Origin: Paraspadella gotoi | Lineage: Eukaryota > Animalia > Chaetognatha | Assembly (NCBI GenBank): GCA_051294375.1 | Contig: JBJCIZ010000356.1 | Span: 1-7,155, forward strand | Length of the DNA: 7,155 nucleotides | Reading direction: 5' to 3' | Part shown: piece after piece, positions 1-7,155 of the stretch | Layout: the number at the start of each line of letters is the position of its first letter | Numbering within the stretch: the first letter of the stretch is position 1 | The notes under the pieces: model-generated | What the model was told of the DNA's origin: nothing | The model's database searches: none | What the model saw: the letters and a program-made list of their open reading frames with translations, nothing else | Translations under genes and position numbers: made by a program

Positions 1-242
1 TTTTCTGTTGAATTTTAATAGTTTAGTTTTACTTGTTTACTGCTTTCTAGTTTTTTACACTGATACTGTTTTTGATTTTGTCAATACTGTTTTTGGTATT
101 AATAAAAAAAAAAAAAAAAAAAAAATGCAATTATAAAAAAAAAAATTATTCGGCGAAAGTGCTGCATATATAATAGGTCACATTAGCTGATTTATATGTG
201 ACAATGCATATCATTATAAGTTATTCTTCATTTTTTAAAAAT

Positions 243-247
<5 letters not shown>

Positions 248-285
<38 letters not shown>
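248..285 (+). repeat. (GA)n microsatellite
   Basis: Perfect GA run of about 19 units. Confidence 0.97.
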
Positions 286-289
<4 letters not shown>

Positions 290-319
290 AAAAGAAAAAC
301 CAAATTTCTTTCCAATTAT

Positions 320-594
320 ATCTCAGATATAAATTTAGGATTTTGTATTGAAAAAAAAAGCGCGGAATAAATGGCGATAATAAAAGTTTTGAGAAGGAAA
401 AAAATAATCAGAATTTTTCAAAAACGAACGATCGTACAGAGTGAGAGAGACAGAAAGACAGAAAGAGAGAAAAAGAGAGACAAAGAGACAGAAAGAAAGA
501 GAAAGCTGGAAGCCAGCTGAACAGTCACTGCAGAACCTGAACTCGTTTTTTAAGGTTCAGAAAAAGCAGCAACTGACAAATATAGGAAAAAAAA
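320..594 (+). repeat. dispersed repeat family, copy 1
   Basis: Aligns to the reverse complement of 6786-7076 (GCGCGGAATAAATGGCGATAATAAAAGTTTT, GA/GACA tract, CAGCTGAACAGTCACTGCAGA.CCTGAACTCGTTTTT). Confidence 0.93.
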
Positions 595-712
595 TCTATA
601 TATAATTTAAAGAAATAAAAGAAAGGCAAAAATATGTTACAATTGTTTACAATTGGAAATTTTTCCAATTTTTTCCAATCGCAGCTTGTAAAAGATTTAA
701 TTTATATTTGTA

Positions 713-1001
713 TTAAAATTAAGATATAGCTTCTCATTAAAAAAATCCTTTGAGTTCCCATTTTATTAAAATTTAAAACAAATTTTTTGAATTTCATCTT
801 CAATATTATATACTGCAATATGTAAATTAGATTAAAGCATTTCTATATACTAATTTGGATATTATAATGAGTACTTTAATCTCATTTGCATATTGCAGTA
901 AATCATAATGAAGTGGAAATTCAAACAAAAATACTTAAAGCCAAATGTAATATGAAAATATCACAGCTATTTCAAGATGAAAAGCCATATCTAAATTTTA
1001 A
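713..1001. repeat. imperfect long palindrome (fold-back), centre near 856
   Basis: Arms 786-839 and 872-925 are reverse complements at 46/54 positions without gaps. Outer arms 713-737 and 977-1001 also pair (TTAAAATTAAGATATAGCTTCTCAT versus TTAAAATTTAGATATGGCTTTTCAT). Confidence 0.9.
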
Positions 1002-1119
1002 CTTACTATGATCGCACACTTTTGTAAAACTTTATCATAATTCATAATAATTTTTATTTAAAAAAAAACGGTAAGTCACAGCCAAACCTATAAAAGCGTA
1101 GTAGTTTTTATATATGAAA

Positions 1120-1227
1120 ACAGCGTGACGGACGACGACGACGACGACGACGACGAATACGTCACAAAGAAGCAACCCTAAAACATTATAGAGCCTGACC
1201 CGGCTTCGCCGTCAAGGCTCGATAAAA
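1120..1227 (-). mobile_element. putative DINE-1/HINE-like (Helentron-associated) element end: T-run, GC hairpin, (GTC)n microsatellite
   Basis: The minus strand reads TTTTATCGAGCCTTGACGGCGAAGCCGGGTCAGGCTCTATAA, a stem-loop with arms 1186-1196 and 1215-1225 (10/11). About 30 nt later comes (GTC)8 GTCCGTC. The architecture resembles the DINE-1 5' block. The other end was not located. Confidence 0.5.
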
Positions 1228-1544
1228 CCTCGGGCTTTGTTCGTCAGAGCTTAGTCCTAACGTTCAGGATTTTCAAGAAGACTGTTCTCATTTCGTGCGG
1301 CCATACCGTGAGACATATCCATAAATTTCAGTAACCAGTTGGAAGGTCTTTTCATCCTCTGAATTCGCCATATGAGAACAAAATATTTGTTTAGGGAAAA
1401 TTAATAAAATGAAGAAAAGAAAATTTAATCGCGAATTCCAGCGCGGTAAACATTAAAACTATTTCTTTTTGGTTTTACCCCGTTTTATGCTTTTTTATGT
1501 TTTTTCGTAGGTAGTTAGATTAGTATACAATGCATAGGTTTTTT

Positions 1545-2270
1545 AGGCTTAGTTCATTTACAATTTTTGATGATAAAGCCGACCTTGTTGCTCCTGAGTC
1601 AATAAGGCGTACGTGTAGAGTGGAGCACTCAAAACAAAAAAATTATTTGAATATCGAGACAATTGATATTTAGATGTGAGATAGTATGATAACTAGTACA
1701 AAAAATATCTTGTTCATATTATCTCGGGAACGAATATGTAAAAATTTATAATATATTTTGAGTAATATCCTTATAAAATAGTAAATTTTTAAAAAATAAT
1801 TTTTATAAAACTTTTAATAAAATTCAATTCTTCATAAAAAGTTGAATCAAAATAAAATATTATCAAAATTCATGTCATCTTTAATGTTTAAAATAAAGTA
1901 TTTCTTTTATTCTCTGTAGTAGAAACTTATATATGTTAAAACGTTTAGTCATTTTTTGTGTCTAAACATTAAAATATCATATAACATATATTTATAAAAG
2001 TTTTTTTAGTTTTTTACAGCGAATCCAAATCAGTTCTTAATAAAATAATTATTTTGAAATATTGACATTTTATAAGTATATTACTACTAAATAATTCGAA
2101 TTTGCTACTGTTATGTCTAAAAAAATTTTTAAAAGGATTTTAATTCTAATTATATGACCATAGGCGCAAAAAAATAATGTTCAATCACTCAATCTTTTCA
2201 TCACTCCACCCTAGTACGTGGTGATTCCTTTTTCTCCGTGGTTTACGATGATGGAACGATGGACGGAAAC
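1545..2270 (-). pseudogene. N-terminal part of retrotransposon aspartic protease, split by an insertion and truncated
   Basis: Before the insertion: FPSIVP / IIVNHGEKGITTY. After it: YA, a 1-nt frameshift, then LIDSGATRSALSSKIVNEL. The catalytic D-S-G codons are at 1600-1592. Confidence 0.85.
1616..2213. mobile_element. 598-bp non-autonomous DNA transposon (MITE-like, hAT-like termini) nested in the protease
   Basis: TIRs are TAGAGTGGAG (1616-1625) and CTCCACCCTA (2204-2213; reverse complement TAGGGTGGAG), a 9/10 match. The direct repeat GTACGTG sits at 1609-1615 and 2214-2220. The interior is very AT-rich with no ORF. Removing the element rejoins the protease. Confidence 0.88.
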
Positions 2271-2333
2271 GCCCCGTCGCACGTACACCGCCGCGAGTCA
2301 GGATGATGTTGACAGCTCTGTAGCGTCGTCGGC

Positions 2334-2517
2334 GTGGAGTGAAGAGTGGTGCGGTCCTCCACAGATTCTGCATCCAAGAGTTTGCCCATTTCGTGGCGAC
2401 ATGACCCGGCGTCAAACATCGTCGGCACAACCCTCTTTCATCCAGCACAGCCTCTTTCCCCAGCCCCAGATATTTTCTGCATAGACCCTGTATGGTGCCA
2501 AGCTTGCAGAACCCGCA
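2334..2517 (-). other. three gag zinc knuckles (degenerate, split over reading frames)
   Basis: CGFC..C (His only in another frame), CRRCLTPGHVATK(W), and in a shifted frame GCRICGGPHHSSLH (GGA TGC AGA ATC TGT GGA GGA CCG CAC CAC TCT TCA CTC CAC). Confidence 0.88.
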
Positions 2518-3614
2518 TTTTAGCGGTGAGGTGGGCGTGGAGCGTGGGTGGTGGGTTTGAGTTGGGGTTTGGAAATTCCACCCCCTCAGTGCTGGCAGAA
2601 ATATTGGCGTAAGACGTTCCGTTTCGGGTTGAAGGTCTTGCTGTACTCCGCGGCGCCAGCGTTGGTGTCGCCTCGTTCCCGTTCCAAAGATGACGCTGGT
2701 ATTCTCCTGGATACATGGACTGTCTCTTGAGAAGCGCGTGAACTCTTCAAATTTGGGCTCAAACATCGTGCGTCAGATCGTCGTTTTTCGTTCTGCTAAT
2801 CTCACCAGCTATCGTCCACTATCCTTTTGGCCCAAGCTGCGCCATACTGCGGCAGTCTTTGTTAAGTTGTCATTGTACGTGTCTTAGTGTCCCGAACCGG
2901 TTACCTCGACCAGTCTCACATGCCATGCATGAATTTTTTCTGAGTTCAAGATCGCGGTTTTAACCTGTTGCCGCGTCACGGATTTTTCCTCCTTTCAACC
3001 ATTCACCTAGCATTTGTTTAGCTGTTGTGGGCCTTTTGCCAAATTCGAATTTTAATGCCCTCATGACTGTTGTTAAGAGCTTGTGTATAATGCAGTAAAG
3101 GACTCAAAACGAGAAATAATCATGTAAGCATCCCGTGCGAAATATTTCTTCAACTCCGTGAACATCATTTCGTCTGTGATTCCGTCAATGTTGGTAAGGG
3201 ATTTGAAAGGTTTAGCTGAGATTCAAAGTCTTCCCTTTTGTCGCCCGTAAACTTTAATTTCGCTCTTTTTTGTCTCAGCAACGTCAGGGCTTGTTGCTGC
3301 AGTTGGATGCGGCAGAGTTGCGCCATTGGATCCAGGGGGGCGGCGGGAGGCGCCGCCGGATTCTCCACCACGGGCGCTATCGTCACATTGCTGGCTGCCG
3401 GTGAAGGTGGGGTCGTGTTTGCTGGCTCTATTACCGGTCTGATGGGAGAGATCTGCTCGACTGCTGCTGGGAATGGAACTATCGCTGTCACCTGCGGTAC
3501 TGGACCTGGACGGGCATCAATAGGGCGCGGCGGTTCCTCTTCAATTGGGACTTCGTAATCTTGTATTTCTCCCCAAGGTGAGATCATCGTTTCGACCCTG
3601 TACGTCCGGCGCGG

Positions 3615-3783
3615 GGTCTGCTGCTTCTGCTGCGTCGACTGCGTTTGTTGCATCAGCTGCGTTGCATCGGTTGCGTTTGTTGCGTCGGTTGTGTGTGTTG
3701 CGTCAGCTGCATTTGTTGTGTCTTCTGCGTTTGTTGCTTTGGCAGTATGCATTGCATCGGCTGCATTTGTTGCGTTTGTGGTC
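3615..3783 (-). repeat. degenerate 9-bp-period coding minisatellite (Gln-rich tract) in gag
   Basis: Repeating CAA-ACG-CAG / CCG-ATG-CAA type units translate as QTQQMQPMQ...QQTQKTQQMQLTQHTQPTQQTQPMQ and then TQLMQQTQSTQQKQQ. Confidence 0.85.
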
Positions 3784-4868
3784 TTACCGGCAACACCTGG
3801 GCTCCATGCGGCGTTTCGACTACCGTCTCCAGTCCGTCGAAGTCATGTTCCCTCTCATCTTCCTCCTCGGCGTCGAAATGCCTGATCTCATTCTCCCTTT
3901 CCTTTCTCCTTAAATCCAACTGCCTTTCCTTATTTTCCAGCTCCAACCTCAACTGCTTTTCCTTACTCTCTAACTCCAGCTTCAACCTTTCAATTTCCAA
4001 CCTGTCTTTCTCTTCCGCGGCTTTCGCTGTCTCGACCAGGCGGCGTCGCTGCGACGCCTGGGAGCTGCGGGATCCGCCTGACATCACTGATCCTCCCCTC
4101 TTCGGCGACGACGCCGTGGGTCCTGACAAGACCACCGTTTGCGTTGGCGAATGGTTAGTCGTTCGCGCGACCTGCGTCCGGGCGTGTCCGACTTCTCTGA
4201 CATCGCCGGTGGAGAAGCTTCTCTGTGAGGCAAATGGAACTGGAGGAACTATGGTGCATAGCGCGGATGTGGACTGTGTGGAGGCAGACCGATGAGCCGG
4301 GTATTCATTGAGCGCTCGGTGAGCCCCGTCCAGAACCATCCTGGCCCTATCACTTTCCAATGCTGATATCCAATCAACGACGTCATGCAGTTGCCCTACC
4401 GCTTTGATCAACAGCTCTCTCTGGTGCTCCTCCGTGGCAATCGTGTCTGGGTTTGGGTCATACTTTGCCAGCTGTGCACACTTCCTGAAGTCTTCGACCC
4501 CCTCGGCCAATGCGGTAACGTAATGTCTCACTCCTCTCTGAGTCTGATTGTCAGCATCCCCGGCAAAATACAACAATTCCATACCGATGGCGTATCCGGC
4601 AGAGGACCCAACCATATGTGACATAATGCGATATAATCAAAGGCAATTCGGCAGGCAATAAATAATGAGACAATTTATATTCTGTTTTTTTTATTTGTGA
4701 CTGTGTGAGTGACGACCGGCGCACAAATTCTCCGTTTTCTATCTGCTCGATTGACAAATACGTACTCGCCTGTAAACTGAATGAGTCTAAATCTCCAAAT
4801 AAATTAGGTTAATAAGTTCTTCTGCTCTTGGCGCTGAACTTCGCTCTTGACGCCAGACTTCGGACTTC

Positions 4869-5029
4869 AAACTTCGGCTTTAATGTCCAACTTCTGGCTT
4901 CAGCTCAATGGCTCAACTTCAGCTGTAACACCCAACTTCTGGCTTCAGCTCGATGGCTCAACTTCGGCTGTAACGCCCAACTTCTGGCTTCAGCTCAATG
5001 GCTCAACTTCGGCTGTATCGCCCAACTTC
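4869..5029. repeat. 45-bp tandem repeat, about 3.5 copies, in the 5' leader
   Basis: CTTCTGGCTTCAGCTC(A/G)ATGGCTCAACTTC(A/G)GCTGTA starts at 4891, 4936 and 4981, with partial copies on both sides. Confidence 0.95.
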
Positions 5030-5090
5030 GAAGCTAAGGGTTAGAGGTTAGCTCGCTCACCTGCCACCGAGACCACGTGTACACCAAGGA

Positions 5091-5105
5091 CGCAATCACC
5101 AGCCA
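5091..5105 (-). promoter_or_regulatory. putative primer-binding site (TGGCTGGTGATTGCG)
   Basis: TGG (complement of tRNA CCA) lies 2 nt after the LTR-terminal CA. The priming tRNA was not identified. Confidence 0.6.
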
Positions 5106-5107
5106 AA

Positions 5108-5472
5108 TGTATTAAATATCAACTTAGTAATGGGTACTCTCCTGTGCGTCCTATCAGCGACAACCACTTTACTACTTCAACAGAGTATATTAGCCATTAT
5201 GTACAACAAGTAGAAGGAGAGTTTAATACCTAAATTATTTAAATACTTATTATCATTATAACTTCATTTAAACTATCATTTAAACTTACATCTTAGGCTT
5301 CCCATAGACTAAGTGACATAATTTTGCATAAATTAAAGAAAGGAAAAATAATTCAAATCTTGATCTGCTCCGTGTCCTCGGCACCGCGTCTCTAAATCCC
5401 TACGCACGGATTGTTAGCGTCCGCCACGCCCGGCGCTATGCCAGCGGCGCTGCATCGTGCCGTCTTATTACA
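5108..5472 (-). repeat. 5' LTR (365 bp) of the retrotransposon
   Basis: The minus strand starts TGTAATAA (5472) and ends TTAATACA (5108), a 7/8 terminal inverted repeat with canonical TG...CA ends. It is followed by TT and then TGG. There is an AT-rich TATA-like middle and ATTAAA (minus strand, 5227-5222). No second LTR is in the window to confirm the boundaries. Confidence 0.75.
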
Positions 5473-5509
5473 CATACATTTAATATAAAAGGAAAAAAAA
5501 TTATAATCA

Positions 5510-5980
5510 ATTAGTGAAACAGGTTTTTTGTTTTTTTCCATTTAAACTCATTTCCACTCAAACGATTCCATCGAAACTTGGTTTCCTGTTTAATCACACA
5601 CTTTCCTACTCACATACAAAATTCCAGGTCAATCGCCCCATCCACTCATGAGCAATTGGTGTTCAAATAGTGAATTATATTTTTTGTTTTTTCCATTTAA
5701 ACTCATTTCCACACGGACGATTCCATCGAAACTTTATATCCAGCTTAATCACACTCTTCCCTACCCACACACAAAATTTCATTTAAATCCATCCATCCAA
5801 TCATGAATAATTGGTGTTTTTTGCTAAAGTGGGACGGATGGACGGATGGACGGACAGACGGACGGACGGACATCTTTTTTTTTTGCATAATTTAACATAA
5901 TTCGATGTTCTGACATGATATAAGTTAGTGCCCGACAATATTGAGGGGGCGGACCGACGGACCGACAAAGTGAATTATAA
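5510..5980. mobile_element. putative non-autonomous Helitron/Helentron-like fragment with two ~155-bp tandem units and a GGAC/GGAT/AGAC microsatellite
   Basis: CCATTTAAACTCATTTCCAC..ACGATTCCATCGAAACTT occurs at 5538 and 5693, each unit ending in AATTGGTGTT. A tetranucleotide tract lies at 5832-5871. The family assignment is by architecture only. Confidence 0.5.
5526..5818. repeat. two diverged tandem copies of a ~155-bp unit
   Basis: Direct alignment of about 5526-5662 with about 5681-5818. Confidence 0.92.
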
Positions 5981-6104
5981 AAAATTTAAAAAATATTGTG
6001 ATTTATCATCTGATTAGCTGATTTAATTACATGTCTCTCTCCTTCTCTCTTTTCCCTAGTCACTGATTCATAATCATAGGGAAAAAAACGAGTCTGCAGC
6101 TGGC

Positions 6105-6320
6105 TTATTTTTTTTCTCTCTTTTTTCCTGCTGCTTCTGCTGCTGTCTTTTGAGTCTGCAGCTGGCTCTGCAGGGGCTCTTTCTTTTTGTCTCTTTTCTC
6201 CTGCTGCTTCTGCTGCTGCCTTTTGATTTCTTTTTTTTCTGGGTGCCTCTGCTGCTGCCGCTGCTGATTTGTGTGAAAACGATTTGGCTTCTTATTCTCT
6301 CTCTCTCTCTCTCTCTCTCT
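6105..6320. repeat. low-complexity (CTG)n / poly-T / (CT)n tract
   Basis: Alternating CTGCTG blocks and T-runs ending in (CT)n at 6297-6320. GAGTCTGCAGCTGGCT occurs twice (6090 and 6152). Confidence 0.85.
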
Positions 6321-6393
6321 GATTAATTTTTTCCCTCTAAAAACTTTTATTATCGCCATTTATTCCCAAATTTATATCCGAGATTTTTGTGGA
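6321..6393 (-). repeat. dispersed repeat family, partial copy 3
   Basis: The 27-bp core GGAATAAATGGCGATAATAAAAGTTTT is identical at 364-390 (+), 6340-6366 (-) and 7007-7033 (-). Confidence 0.88.
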
Positions 6394-6785
6394 TTTTTTT
6401 TCCGAAATATTCTAAATATCAATCAGAATAATATTTTTTTTTATTTAATATATATTTACTTTATTATTTTATTTTACTTTACTTCATTTTTCTTCACTTT
6501 AGTCTGATTCAAGTTTCACTTTGTCTTTTGTCTGGGAATGCTGACAGTGTTTAGAGAGGTTGCATTCGATCAAACTGCTTGCTTATGCGGGCTAAAAGTA
6601 AAACAAAAGTACCTTCAATAATGTCTCTCCAGACTTAGCACTTGCTAGAAATTAATTTTATATTTATTATTCTTTTTTTTTTTTCATTTTCTTTATTTTT
6701 CTGAAATTCGATTTTTTTAGTATCAAAATTTGTCGTCAATCCAGATTTTTCTTATGCGATTGCGACGATCCTTATGCTTTTAAGC

Positions 6786-7076
6786 TTTTTCTTCCTATTT
6801 TTGTCAGTTTCTGCCTTTTCTGAACCTTTTAAAAACGAGTTCAGGCTCTGCAGTGACTGTTCAGCTGCCTTCCAGCGGCTGTCCAGCTTTCTCTCTCTCT
6901 TTCTGTCTCTGTCTGTCTCTCTCTGTCTTTCTCTGTCTCTCTCTCTCTCTGTACGATCTCTTGCGTGATCGTTTTTGGAAAAATTTTGATTATTTTTTTC
7001 CTTTTAAAAACTTTTATTATCGCCATTTATTCCGCGCTTTTTTCTCAATGCAAAATCCCAAATTTACCTCCGAGAT
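6786..7076 (-). repeat. dispersed repeat family, copy 2 (inverted relative to copy 1)
   Basis: Colinear reverse-complement match to 320-594 with substitutions and small indels. Confidence 0.93.
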
Positions 7077-7090
7077 TTTCGTGGATTTAT

Positions 7091-7116
7091 TCTCTTTCTT
7101 CCTCTCTCTCAGTCTA

Positions 7117-7146
<30 letters not shown>
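7091..7146 (+). repeat. imperfect (CT)n microsatellite
   Basis: CT-rich run adjacent to repeat copy 2, mirroring the (GA)n next to copy 1. Confidence 0.85.
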
Positions 7147-7148
<2 letters not shown>

Positions 7149-7155
7149 ACTCATA

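Larger units (their letters stand above)
2334..4624 (-). pseudogene. gag: frameshifted BEL/Pao gag
   Basis: Built from ORFs 3653-4624, 3165-3752, short in-between frames (ITDEMMFTELKKYF; ALKFEFGKRPTTAKQML) and 2185-2766/2438-2716. Contains a Ser-rich stretch, an E/K/R coiled coil (RLEIERLKLELESKEKQLRLELE), a Pro/Ala linker, KLKFTGDKREDF and PKFEEFTRF (resembling the BEL gag DUF1759 region), then zinc knuckles. The start may lie further upstream, toward 4757. Confidence 0.85.
1545..5472 (-). mobile_element. BEL/Pao-type LTR retrotransposon, 3'-truncated (5' LTR, PBS, leader, gag, start of protease), interrupted by an insertion at 1616-2213
   Basis: Minus-strand order is LTR (5472-5108), TGG PBS (5105), leader, gag-like ORFs, three Cys/His knuckles (CGFC..., CRRCLTPGH..., CRICGGPHHSSLH), then the protease motif TTYA/LIDSGATRS. 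GC content is clearly higher than in the flanks. Triple knuckles followed directly by the protease are characteristic of BEL/Pao. The left boundary is approximate. Confidence 0.88.

Noticed and set aside
104-125. Poly-A run preceded by ATTAATAAA as a possible retroposed tail
   Set aside because: No TSD or recognisable SINE/LINE body, and A-runs are common throughout this window.
709-720. TGTATTAAA as a possible 3' LTR end
   Set aside because: Similarity to 5108 onward stops after 9 AT-rich bases, so there is no second LTR.
1186-1227. Rho-independent terminator
   Set aside because: The context is eukaryotic transposon DNA, and the hairpin is better explained as an element terminus.
2218-2887. 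Plus-strand ORFs 2218-2484, 2346-2612, 2548-2730 and 2690-2887
   Set aside because: Antisense to the gag knuckle region, with no recognisable motifs.
3238-4621. Plus-strand ORFs (3238-3558, 3545-3913, 3645-4295 Cys-rich, 3691-3885, 4385-4621)
   Set aside because: Antisense shadows of gag. The Cys-rich metallothionein-like text is simply the complement of the CAA/CAG repeat.
4828-5044. Repeat-peptide ORFs and a CRISPR-like appearance
   Set aside because: The frames are open only because the 45-bp unit is a multiple of 3. The units are contiguous with no unique spacers, no cas genes are present, and the context is eukaryotic.
6105-7026. ORFs starting MAIIKVF (6105-6359, 6841-7026) and ORF 6774-6968
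   Set aside because: Translations of microsatellite and low-complexity DNA. The shared N-terminus reflects the shared repeat core, and the copies diverge in frame.

Overview
AT-rich eukaryotic (probably invertebrate) DNA that is a nest of transposable elements, with no host gene recognised. The core (about 1545-5472, minus strand) is a frameshifted BEL/Pao-type LTR retrotransposon. It has one 365-bp LTR (TGT...ACA), a TGG primer-binding site, a leader with 45-bp tandem repeats, a long gag with a Gln-rich repeat tract and three Cys/His zinc knuckles, and the start of the aspartic protease. No RT, RNase H, integrase or second LTR is present. A 598-bp non-coding element with hAT-like 10-bp termini and a 7-bp target duplication is inserted a few codons before the protease DSG motif. 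The flanks hold two DINE-1/Helentron-like non-autonomous fragments, an approximately 290-bp imperfect palindrome, and three copies of a GA-microsatellite-associated repeat, two of which bracket the window in inverted orientation. All calls come from manual reading; no database search was run.
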